From assembly GCF_006345805.1 (NCBI RefSeq), contig NW_021835321.1, positions 1 to 50,242 of the forward strand: DNA of 50,242 bases. Direction: 5' to 3'. Of the stretch, positions 12,370 to 24,007 are shown piece after piece. Below the pieces are notes generated by a model that did not search any database, was not told the origin of the DNA, and saw nothing but the letters and a program-made list of their open reading frames with translations. Position 1 is the stretch's first letter. Every line of letters begins with the position of its first letter. The position numbers were made by a program, and so were the translations under genes. Origin of the DNA: Octopus sinensis (taxonomy: Eukaryota).

Positions 12370-13972
12370 AAGTTTAATTTCGAAGTCGTGTTTTATGAGT
12401 GAATTTGCTGTCGACTTGTTGGTCTGATTCTTTAAGTGAAAGAGCAGTGTCTGAGGAAACTGAAGGGGACCGATATTATCGGTTAAAACATCACAAACTC
12501 CATGAATAACACGCTCGCATCGTAATCACGTGATTCCAGACCCCACTGCATGACATCTTGGATGGTCTTTTACTATGCTCTCAACTCAACCCGAGCCTTG
12601 GTGAAACTGGGCCGAGATAAACTACATGAATGTCCGTCTGACCGATTGTCCAGTCTTGTTACACTCTATGCCAAGTTACTTTTACTTGTGTCTGTGCAAT
12701 ATTCGGCCACATACATGCCAATTCAAAGTAGTTCAGTTGATCGAACAACTGATTACTCCTCGCTAATAGTTTACATCCACCTCTTCGCATTTTATCCCTT
12801 TAATGTTTTCTCATCAACACCCCAGTACAGTTATATTTCTCATTTCTCAGTATATAATTATTTTACAAAATTTGCTATACACGCCCATTTAGCGTGTACT
12901 CCTATTTCCCCCTCATCCACCCCCGGAGTAGATACTCTCAGTTCTTTTGTGGACTCGTCAGAGACGAAGGAGTTAGTTCCAAAACATCACATTCCTCTTC
13001 TTCCCGCAGCTTATGAACTTATTCCAAACTCACCAAATATATTGTGTTGCTTTAGGTTGTTTGTCTCGTAATAATAAAGTTTGCCTGTTGGTTGAGTAGT
13101 CCATGTTCTTACTTTCTGTAAAGTGATTTATTGCTTAAGTCAATCTACATCTGTTCTAACAAAGAGCAAAAATTGTATGGATGTGACCAGTTTGATCACA
13201 GTGTCTACGCTTATAATTGAGACGTTATTGACATCGGTGAACGGTAATTCTGTCTCGTCTTCATCGGATAGATTTATATTTGTTGAAGTGTTCGCGATGT
13301 GTCTATGAAGACTAGAGATAGATAGTAGGAAAAATGATGGGAGGGGTGTCAATTGTTTATGGTAGCTAGGTGTGTGTGTGTGTGAGTGTGTGTGTGTGTT
13401 TTGTGTTGAGATATTCCTACCTTCTGTGTTTTGTGTGCAAAAAATTACTTTCCATGAACGTCATCATTCTCGCAACGTTCCATCCATAACCACGCTATCA
13501 TTTCTTTCAAGCGTAAGGTTTTCGTACAAATTATTTTGTTATGTGAGTATAGGTATTGGTCCTTTCGAGTTGTTAGTGATAGAGCAGAAATCAGTATCGC
13601 TGGTCTTTATTTGTTTAGTTAAGATTATTTTAGAATCACAGACTTGGACACATTTTCCCCAAGAATGGGACGCTTGTTCATAACAAACATCTCGCGGGAA
13701 GAATTAGATCTGTTACTATAAGGCAGGAAGCCTTTACTTTCTGCAATTTGCTATCACTTGGTAATACCTTCTTAGAGATTGAACTCTCATCGTTGGCAAT
13801 GAAGTGTTTCTTCAACGACACGTGCATAACCATCGAAATCACACGAATTCAACGAATATCATATGTTGTTCCAAAGTCAAACCAATGAATGGGTTTCTAA
13901 GAAGACGTCCTGATTATGTAGAAACAGCAACCAATAACTGTTTTAAAAATGGATAGCATACTGAATAATGTA

Positions 13973-14235
13973 GGGGCACATGGCCTAGTGGTTAGAGCAA
14001 CGGAATCGCGGTGGAGGAATCGCGGGTTCGAATCTCAGACCGGGTGATGTGTGTGTTTATGAGCGAAACACCTAAGCTCCACGCGGTTCCGGCAGAAGGT
14101 AATGGCGAACTTCAGCTGACTCTTTCGTCACAACTTTCTTTTACTCTTTCCTCCTGTATCTTGCAGCTCACCTGCGACGGACGGGTGTCCCGTCCAAGTG
14201 GGGAACCTATACGTCAAGGAAACCGGGAACAAACA
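13973..14235 (+). mobile_element. tRNA-derived SINE (family B) with 13-bp TSD and 3' internal deletion
   Basis: Closely similar to 12002-12303; TSD ATACTGAATAATG at 13958-13970 and 14236-14248. Confidence 0.92.
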
Positions 14236-14434
14236 ATACTGAATAATGGTAGTCCTGCTGAATACATGAGGGAAGAAAGAAGCCTAAACATAATCACAAC
14301 AAGGATGTCAGTCGGACGATACGTTTGGTGATAGAAGGATATGAGAGTTAAGCATAAAAGAAATCGGAAGAGGGTGGGTTAGATAACAACAAGAATACAG
14401 TGACAATGATGATGACAATTATACTGCAGCTGCT

Positions 14435-14542
<108 letters not shown>

Positions 14543-15329
14543 GCTTCTGTTGCTGCTGTTACTGTTGCTGTTGGTGCTGTTGGTGGTGCTGCTGTTGTTG
14601 TTGTTGCTGCTGCTGTTTCTGCTGCTTTTGCTGCTGCTGCTATTATAGCAGCTTCTGCTGATGTTGTCACCATCACCAGTACTAATTCTATCAGTAACTC
14701 AAGATTTTGTTCTCTGGGTCAGAGGTCAATACGTTATTGAAGCAATGGCGGTTCTACTGTATGACAATGGCGGCAATAAAAGAAACGTGTTTTATTTTAT
14801 TTATGATATTTTTGTAAGAATAAAGTACATGCGAACTCTTTGTAATTCAATGGTAATATTGTCGATGTGGTGGAGTGGTGGTCGTGGGGGCTATATAGTG
14901 TTTGATGACAGTAGTGGTGGTGGTGGTGGTGGTGGTGTTATTGTTGGTTGTTGTGGGGACGGTAATATTAGTGGTGATGTCGGAGTGGTGTGATGGCAGT
15001 CGGGAAGATCGTCGTTAAGACTGAGTGCACGCGCGCGCATATGTATGTGTAGATGTGAGAGTATGCATGCGCGTGGGGTGGGGGAGGATATGACCTTGTG
15101 TTAATGAAAGCACAAAACGGTTGGTACGGTTGTTGTGACGGCAGAATGCTAATGGTGGCGGTGGTGATAGCAAGGTGGTTGTAATATAACCTTGAGATAA
15201 TATGAAGAACCAATCGTTGTGTTGGTGGTTGTGATCGTGTTAGTGGTAGTGGCAATGGTGGTGTTGTTGCTGGTAATGGTGGTGGTGGTGAGGGTAAAGA
15301 TGTAATAACAAGTGTTGAAATGGTTTTAT

Positions 15330-15331
<2 letters not shown>

Positions 15332-15398
<67 letters not shown>

Positions 15399-15413
15399 AT
15401 AGTAGTAGTAGTA
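15332..15413. repeat. (AGT)n microsatellite
   Basis: Direct reading. Confidence 0.95.
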
Positions 15414-15759
15414 ACAACAGCAGCACTAACAGCATCAACCGGGTTATTAGTAGTAAAATATAAATAGATATGCATATATAAATAAACTAGCAAACGCACC
15501 CGTCCTTTGGACGGTTTAAGTTGCTTTGGTGGTAATTTTTTCACCAAATAATTGAACTACCGAGAAGGTTTATGAGTAGCACGGCAATCTATGTTTCCGA
15601 TTAACCTAGGAACAGAAAAGCAAATTGAAGGCTGGTTGTTGTGGAGGTCTTTGCACTTTAATGATCATAGAACATATAAGTTTGCAAGTGATGCAAAGTA
15701 GAGCTACTGAAATGTTTTGGGAGTAGATTACAGAAAATGACTACAAAATATAGTTGTTT

Positions 15760-16230
15760 TACATGAAAGCGAAATTTCTTGTCAGAAGAAGCAACATGAA
15801 TGGTGTAAGGAAATTGAAGGAAAACATTGAAACTTCCCCTCTGCGAGTTTATTTTATTCAACAGCAAAGGGAGCTATCTTTTCAGAGGGAAGTATGATCG
15901 GTACATTAAAAAATGGCAATATAATACTTACTTGAAAAAGTGGAGTTCAAGGAATGTATTTGCTACGTGCTTACTGTGTACCACCACTCTGAAATTGACT
16001 TCAGGTAACGATAAATGAAGACATGAAGAGTTTGACATCAGTTCTCAAATACTGCTTTGAATCTGTAGCAGTTTGCTGTGAAAAACTGTCGCGTTCGAAA
16101 TATCATAATGGGTGGGTAAATAAGCATTCTTAAAGTGAAAAAATGCATTGGTAGGTAAACAAGGGTATCAACAAATACAAGCGAGGGAAGGGAACATCAC
16201 CTTTCAAGTACCTCAGAATAGGTAAAGGGT
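15760..16230 (+). mobile_element. Possible heavily decayed LINE reverse-transcriptase fragment
   Basis: Stop-riddled frame SLFYSTAKGAIFSEGSMIG...KSGVQG...FKYLRIG echoes the non-LTR RT motifs LY.NA...V..G / SGVRQG / FKYLG. Weak. Confidence 0.3.
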
Positions 16231-16867
16231 AAGCTTGCCAATGCAGTTTAAATATGGAGATTAAGATTGTTTGGTATTGGATATTCATCGTGTACAGTGT
16301 TCCTAGTCAATTGAATCACCGTTGCAGGTGGACAGTCGAAATAAATTAATAGACACAATCTTTTCCTTTTATAATATCCTCTAACTAAATAATAATACAC
16401 AATTGCAACATATAAATAAATAATAAATAAAAACTATGAAAACCACTAAAAAATATTCTCTAATGCCAATATATGACCATGTAGATTAAAAAATATGGAA
16501 GATCCTACATAAAAAATGTACGTACATACAACGAATTAGAGAAAAAACCCGTGCAAACCAAAGTTTCCCCCGGTTTGTCCATTTACGCGGGAGCTCTGGG
16601 CAAAGTGTTATAGTGCATTACCATCCTTGGGACATAAGTAATACGTGTGTATAGTTTGGTGAAAATCGGTTGGGAATTGTGGAAAAGCATGCACTTGTGA
16701 GTGTGTATACTTACATATATATTTCTGTGTCAGTTTCTGTCTGCTTGTCGCTCCTTCTCTCTCACTTTCTGTCTGTCTGTCTGTTTCTCTGTATATACAC
16801 AAACATACACGCACACGCACATATATGTGTATATATGTATATATATGTGTGTGTGCGCGCGCGTGTA

Positions 16868-16898
<31 letters not shown>

Positions 16899-17332
16899 TG
16901 TGTGTGAATCTGTAAATAAACAGACTGGAAATGGTAGTCGAGTACTCCAGCTGCTTCAAAAGCACATTAGATGCGTCTAACGTAACATTATGTGTCTTGT
17001 AACCGTCCGGTGTACATTTTCATCACACTGTTAGCTTTCGAAATATAACGTTAGATGCACCGGATGTGCTTTGGTTCCGAAAGGGAGTTGATTAGCACCT
17101 GTCATCTTATCGGAATTTTCTGTCTAATGTCGGTATGGGACGAACTGTATTTGAGGCATTGAACAATAAAGTTTTTGGTTAATTATCGAATGCTCTCTAT
17201 TTTCGGTATAAGACGAAATTATGCTATAGACTAACCAACTACGTTTAACCACAATCTCTTGGCAGTTCCTACTTGATAATACACATACATACATAGGTAC
17301 ATGCATACATACATATATAGAGATTTGGGAAC

Positions 17333-17344
<12 letters not shown>

Positions 17345-17366
<22 letters not shown>

Positions 17367-17560
17367 AGAGTTTACGAAGAAAACAAAAGACGAAGACAGG
17401 TGATGTACAAAACAAACAGATGTATTAGTGTAACGCTCAGGAATAAAAAAAAAAGTCTTTTACGTTTCGAGCCTACGCTCTTCTACAGAAAGGGACGCAG
17501 AAAAAAACAAGTAGAGAAACAAGGAGAGAAAAAATGCGTGTAGTGGCTAACGAACTATCA
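17345..17560 (-). mobile_element. (AT)n-flanked repeat carrying a minimal hammerhead-like motif
   Basis: Minus strand CTTT-CTGTAGA-A-GAGC-GTAG-GCTC-GAAAC-GTA-AAAG at 17456-17492; aligns in opposite orientation with 25130-25290. Confidence 0.65.
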
Positions 17561-18186
17561 TGGCGACTGACTCGGACAGAAGGGTCACACACGAATGGGA
17601 AAGTAGGAGAGATAACAAAGTAATGATGAACCCCCAACACGAAGGTGCGTGAGTGTATAAGAGAGTATGTATGTGCGTGTGAAAGAGGGCTGATGGTCTG
17701 GACGTGTGCATGTATGTATGTGTAGGTGTGAAAATGGGGGGATGGGTGTGTGGGTGGTGTGTTGAGATGTGATGTGTAATGTTGTATGGTGTAGTGTGGT
17801 GTGGTGTGATGTTGTTGGGAGGTGGGGTAGGCGAGAGTTCGGAAAGCACGGGTGGGGTGTGGATTCGGCTGAGGTTTGGGGCAGAGTTGGGGTTTGTGGG
17901 TAGGCAGTGGGTGGGGGTAGAGGTGGGGTACGTGGGAGAGGGTGTGTGAGATAGGATGGGGGATGGGAGGGATAGGGAAGGTGAAGTAGGAATGTATAGG
18001 GGTGGGTGGGCTTATGGGGGGAGGGGACGGTGAGTATGTGAGGAGAAAGAGGAGGGGAGAAGAGAGAAAGAGAGTAAGCGAGAAGCGGGAAAGAGGGGAG
18101 AGAAATAGAGAATGAGAGTAGGGGTGAAGAGAAGTAGGAGGAGGGGGAGAAAGAGGAGATATATATATATTCATATATATATATAA

Positions 18187-18598
18187 TAACAAAGGGTAAA
18201 ATTAATTAATTAAGAAGTAATCAATAATTTCCCCAAGTAGAATTCGGCATGAAAAAGGACCATTTCATTGTAAACTTAAGTAATACTTAATAAATAGGGT
18301 TCAGCAAAGATTTGCTTTACCACATACCGAAGTTTAGAAATAGCAGCCAAAAAACGTTAGCTATTTCTTCTACTTTAAAAAGGTACTCCCAGAAAAAATC
18401 CGAAACGCGCGTCCATAGGTGACCAGATATTGATTGATTTTCGTTACTTTTCCTCTCTGCCTGTGTGACTGTTTTCAAGTATTTTGGTTTTTCTGGGAGT
18501 CCCTTTTTAAAGTAGAAGAAATAGCTAACGCTTTTTGGCTGCTATTTCTGAACTTCGGTATGTGGTAAAGTAAATCTTTGCTGAACCCTATTTATTAA

Positions 18599-18602
<4 letters not shown>
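18187..18602. mobile_element. (AT)n-embedded foldback element, 115-bp arms (18283-18397 / 18488-18602)
   Basis: Arms differ by four substitutions and no indels; 90-bp spacer; family shared with 752-1312. Confidence 0.85.
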
Positions 18603-18678
<76 letters not shown>

Positions 18679-18849
18679 ATATGCATGTATGTGTGTGCAT
18701 GTATAAAACACCCTCCCACCTATTGTAAGAAATAAAAACAGCAGATTGTAAAAACTAACATAAACAGCCTCTACGTAGATTAGGTAAACACCTCTAGATG
18801 AATAAACACAAAAATTTAACCAATGAACTGCCAGAAACACTAGAACACA

Positions 18850-18993
18850 CACTATTTATAAAAGAATCTAAATACAATACAAAATACAGCTGTAGTTGTT
18901 CTCGCCTGTAGATCGAAGGGGCGTGTAACTCGACTCAAACGACAAGCTCGCGGTTTCAGTTTCAATGCAAATACCAGATACACACGAACACAC
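18850..18993 (+). repeat. Donor copy of the 135-bp segment duplicated at 19475-19609
   Basis: CACTATTTATAAAAG...GATACACACG.ACACAC aligns end to end, with several substitutions and one ~9-nt indel. Confidence 0.9.
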
Positions 18994-19021
18994 ATTCACA
19001 GATCTTTATGTACTATCTATG

Positions 19022-19075
<54 letters not shown>

Positions 19076-19124
19076 CTATCTATCTATCTACTATCTATCT
19101 ATCTATCTATCTACTATCTATCTA

Positions 19125-19204
<80 letters not shown>

Positions 19205-19209
<5 letters not shown>

Positions 19210-19632
19210 CCGTGATCACCGTGACCGACCAGGCTATCAGATGTTGGTACTCATCGCTGGTCACAATGCGCTTTGCATTGTTTTAGCCTTCAAGTGACAC
19301 CACCCCGTTGGCTAAGCGAGCAGGCCAACAGAAGAAAGAGTGAGAGAAAGTTGTAGCGAAAGAGTACTGCAGGGATCGCCACTACCCCTGCCGGAGCCTC
19401 GTGGAGTTTTAGGTGTTTTCGCTCAATAAGCACTTACAAGGCCCGGTCTGGGAATCGAAACCGCGATCCTACGACACTATTTATAAAAGGATCTAAATAC
19501 AATACCAAATACAGCTGTAGCTGTTCTCGCCTGTAGATCGAAGGGGCGTGAGACTCGACAAGCTCGCGGTGTCAGTTTCAATACAAATACCAGATACACA
19601 CGCACACACCTAACCACTGGGCCATTGCGCCT

Positions 19633-19636
<4 letters not shown>
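19205..19636 (-). mobile_element. tRNA-derived SINE (family B head, different 3' module), head split by a 135-bp insertion
   Basis: Reverse strand: GGAGGCGCAATGGCCCAGTGGTTAG (A box, 19610-19636), then the insert 19475-19609, then TCGTAGGATCGCGGTTTCGATTCCC (B box) and the body. Confidence 0.9.
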
Positions 19637-19670
<34 letters not shown>

Positions 19671-19725
19671 CATTATTGGTGAATTGAAGAAATGGAGCTG
19701 AACGCAGATTGAACAGAAATCGTTT

Positions 19726-19819
19726 TATTTCATTCTACACGTGTTTCGAAAGGCACAAATTACCAAAATCCGATTGAATAATGGGACCATATTGTGTCTT
19801 TCTCTTCAGGAAGAAAAAA
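19726..19819 (-). ncRNA. Type I hammerhead ribozyme, identical inverted copy
   Basis: Exact reverse complement of the ribozyme region at 20817-20910, lying in the left arm of the inverted repeat. Confidence 0.75.
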
Positions 19820-20816
19820 GGAAATCCGTTGGAAAAACAAAAACAGAACAGAGGCAGAGCAAAAAACAAATCGAACTGTGCTCCTAAGAGCCCATGGCGA
19901 AACTGTTTATCAGTGTATGTGAGAACCGGTGGCTGAAGAATTCAACAGGTCAGGCATCGGTCAAACATGTGGGTGAGGGTGTATAGATGTTCTTTGTGAC
20001 CGAGAATAAAGTTCTGACTATTTAAAGAATATGGATGTTTTATAAGGGGCGAGAAAAAATCTACTTAGAGACGTGTGTGTGTGTATACTGTTCATATATG
20101 TGTGTGTTGCGTAGGGGTAGAAAACATTTTTTGTGTACGTGTGTGCGTTTGATCGTTCGGCTGTCAGTGGCTACTGCCGTGATAAAGGCCAGATAAGTGT
20201 AAATAGCGTTTATAAATAAGACCGGCACCCATAGCCCTTGGTAACAAATTCTGAAATAGATTTTAAGATATCTACAATTAACCACTGCAAGGGAAATTAC
20301 TCCTGTAAGACAAACGGGGCTTGTTTTTTCACAGCGGGGGGTTTCCTTGTCAAGGTAGGCTTAGATGAACACACACACACACACACACATAAAACATAAA
20401 ATATATATATATAATTTCTTTATTTTTTTTCTTTCTGCCACCCAACGGTTATCACGGCAGTAGCCACTGACAGCCGAACGATCAAACGCACACACGTACA
20501 CAAAAAATGTTTTCTACCCCTACGCCAACACACACATATATAGAACAGTATACACACACACACGTCTCTAAGTAGATTTTTTCTCGCCCCTTATAAAACA
20601 TCCAATATTCTTTAAATAGTCAGAACTTTATTCTCGGTCACAAAGAACATCTATACCCTCACCCACATGTTTGACCGATGCCTGACCTGTTGAATTCTTC
20701 AGCCACCGGTTCTCAACATACACTGATAAACAGTTTCGCCATGGGCTCTTAGGAGCACAGTTCGATTTGTTTTTTGCTCTGCCTCTGTTCTGTTTTTGTT
20801 TTTCCAACGGATTTCC

Positions 20817-20910
20817 TTTTTTCTTCCTGAAGAGAAAGACACAATATGGTCCCATTATTCAATCGGATTTTGGTAATTTGTGCCTTTCGAAACACGTGTA
20901 GAATGAAATA
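20817..20910 (+). ncRNA. Type I hammerhead ribozyme (canonical core, palindromic stem III)
   Basis: CTGAAGA core at 20827-20833; stem II GAAAG-A-CACAA (20834-20844) pairs with TTGTG-C-CTTTC (20878-20888), 10 bp plus one mismatch, 33-nt loop; GAAA at 20889-20892; stem III ACACGTGT (20892-20899) self-complementary; GTA cleavage triplet 20898-20900; stem I GAA-T-GAAA (20901-20908) pairs with TTTT-C-TTC (20819-20826). Matches the established hammerhead consensus CUGANGA / GAAA / NUH. Activity not tested. Confidence 0.8.
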
Positions 20911-21258
20911 AAACGATTTCTGTTCAATCTGCGTTCAGCTCCATTTCTTCAATTCACCAATAATGTTTTAATTTCAATTATCCGCACCAACGCACGGTTG
21001 CAACGCCAGATGGTTGTACCTCCACCGTGCTGTTCACTGCTGTGATTTTTGCTACTAAGGTATGTTAAACTTTTGATAATCTACTACAAGATTATTCATC
21101 TTTCTATTTCACATATTATATATATATAATATATATATATATATATCAGAAAGAAGTTTGAAAATGCAATTTAAACGATGTTTATTTACTTAACCGGTTT
21201 CACTCTTTGGTAAAAGATTGTCAAAAGTTACATTTAAGGAAACATTGAATAATATGGG

Positions 21259-21466
21259 TTCAAAAAAAGTTTTTTACATAATTGTCACATTGAGTATTAT
21301 GCATTCAAAAAGGTTTTTACATAATTGTCACATTGAGTATTATGCATCAAAAAGGTTTTTACATAATTGTCACATTGAGTATTATGCATTCAAAAAGGTT
21401 TTTACATAATTGTCACATTGGATATTATGAATTCAAAAATGTTTTTTTATACATAATTGTCACATT
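21259..21466. repeat. 43-bp minisatellite, ~5 copies
   Basis: Unit TTCAAAAAGGTTTTTACATAATTGTCACATTGAGTATTATGCA, head to tail with no spacers. Confidence 0.95.
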
Positions 21467-21894
21467 ACATGTATAGATATAGTGTTTGGTAACAGAGAAG
21501 TTCAATAGTGTGATGAGAATGTTTGGGAAAATTTGGCAGAAAAGGATAAAACAAATATATTATTGGGAATTGGTTGCGTTAATTATTGGTTGTCGCAAAT
21601 TGTCACATTACATGTATATATATACAATCTTCGGTATATATATACAGCCTTTTGACAGCAAAAATTAGAATGGCTTTTTTATACATCTCAGAATATTTTA
21701 AGTACAAGGCGAGAATATGTTTTTACTGACCTGTTGGGATTAGCAGAAAGGCTGAACTGAGAGAACAGAGGAAGTAGCCAATGTGGTGTATACTTCCCCT
21801 TTATGCATGAATGATTTTGGGGTTATCAGGAGGTTAGTATGCGGGTGTGAATAGATGTGTTCGTGCCCGCTGGTCAGATAGCGTCTGTTTGTCA

Positions 21895-21897
21895 CAC

Positions 21898-21930
<33 letters not shown>

Positions 21931-22114
21931 ACACACACACACACACACACACATAGTAAACAAACACACACCACATACAAACAACACACACACACACACA
22001 GAACACACACACCCACACACAACGCACCCACATATATCACATATACACACAGCACACAAATATAATATGTATCTATATATAACATACACAGATATATAAC
22101 ACACATACACAACA

Positions 22115-22145
<31 letters not shown>

Positions 22146-22712
22146 ACACCGCACACATACATACATAATATAAATATCACACAAATACACCTAGCATATA
22201 TATACACACATACAATATACACATACAGCATGTAAGCAATATACATACACAATATATGCATGCAATATACATACGCAGTACATACATATAATATATATAT
22301 ATAGACAATGCATATACATATATACACATATACATATAAATAGTGTTTACATACACATACATAGATGTACCACATATACCCACAATACACAACATACAAC
22401 GCATACACATACGCATACATATAATGTATATATACACACACACACAATAACATACATACACAATGTATACATATATATACACGCAATGCACATACTGTAT
22501 TCACGCATATATAGCACACCTACAATATACATATATACACTGCACACATACACACACATATATACACTTAATTGTACACATACATATACAATACACATAC
22601 ATACAATATACATATACACAATGCGCATGCAAATAATGTACATGTTTATACACACATAAACAAGCAAATAAATATACACACACACACATACACACAATAC
22701 ACATATATACAC

Positions 22713-22744
<32 letters not shown>

Positions 22745-23280
22745 ATACATACATACGGCACATACATATATTTTTTCACACACATACACATACATATATA
22801 TATATATATAAAATTCACCCCCCCCACACACACAAATTACAACTTATAGCGTACACACTCAAATATATCTCTACATGCCGCACAAACACAAAACAAAGTA
22901 CTAACATATACACACATACCATGCATATACACACACACAACACACATACACACATATATTATATATATATATATATATATTTAAAAACAAATACACATGT
23001 AAATATATACATACGTACATAATGCTCACACACCACACATACACACACACCCGTACACAGTGCACACACACACACATATATACACACGTGCACACACACA
23101 TACACACAACGTGCGCGCACGCACACACATACACAAACACGCACACAGTGCACACAAACACACACATATATATATATATACACCCGCGCACACAACACAC
23201 CACAACAACGTGCACACACACACACACACACAACACACACACACACAACACTCACACACATACATCACCTACATATATAT
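21895..23280. repeat. Long compound (CA)n/(TA)n/(TACA)n low-complexity tract
   Basis: Direct reading; explains the many H/T/Y/I and C/V ORFs. Confidence 0.95.
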
Positions 23281-23684
23281 AATGCATGCGTGTGCATGCC
23301 ACGTATGTGTGTGGTCAATGCCCGCTAGTGTGTCCTATGCGTGCCGATGCGCGCATGTGCCCGCCCGCACGATATGCTGTGATCGTGCGCGCGTCCCTGT
23401 GTGTTTGCTCTGGATGTGTTTCCAGGGGGTATGTTAGAGTATGTTTAGTTGTGGTCTGTCTGTTTTTGAATAAGATTACTTTCCTTATTTATTCGTGTTT
23501 GGTCTGTGGTGTTGTCCGAGCATTGGTATAGTGGGAAGACTAAGAATTTGGGGGACTTATTGTGTGCACAAAGGTCTAAGTGTCCACTTAGTGGTATCTG
23601 TCTTGTGGAGGGGTCCCTCAGTTGTTGTCGGTGAACTGTCATTCTGTCTCTGAGGGTATATATATTATATATATATATATATAG

Positions 23685-23896
23685 TTCTAATATAAGGATA
23701 AATTTTATGAGTGGCCAGCGTTTCAAAATACCTTGTAAGGGGAAAATTATAAACAATTATAAATAAGGGCAGAAGAAAAAATTTTCTTTGCAGCAAAATA
23801 GACTTTAGCTCATCTAACCACATACAATACTTTTCATTATAAAGGTATTTTAATATGCTGGCCACTGATGAAATTTTTTATATCCTTATATTAGAA
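23685..23896. repeat. Imperfect inverted repeat next to (AT)n
   Basis: TTCTAATATAAGGATA...AGTGGCCAGC (23685-23719) versus GCTGGCCACT...TATCCTTATATTAGAA (23857-23896), with weaker pairing further inward. Confidence 0.8.
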
Positions 23897-24007
23897 GTAA
23901 ATTTATTACCATTTATTTCGGGACTGGTAACCACTTTGCATGTGTTTCCTGATGACTACATGTGTGTTGAGGCTTGCTACAGAATTTCCGTTTGGATATA
24001 TTTGGGG

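Larger units (their letters stand above)
19669..20967. repeat. Long inverted repeat: arms 19669-20185 (517 bp) and 20449-20967 (519 bp), 263-bp spacer
   Basis: Manual alignment of the arms gives no substitutions and five 1-2 nt indels. The left arm abuts an (AT)n tract; the right arm continues ~145 bp of unique sequence to another (AT)n tract at ~21113. Confidence 0.95.

Noticed and set aside
12550-13071. 173-aa plus-strand ORF
   Set aside because: Composition resembles an antisense reading. The minus strand has faint, stop-riddled LINE RT-like phrases, too weak to call either way.
21259-21466. CRISPR-like array
   Set aside because: Repeats are head to tail with no unique spacers, there are no cas genes, and the context is eukaryotic.
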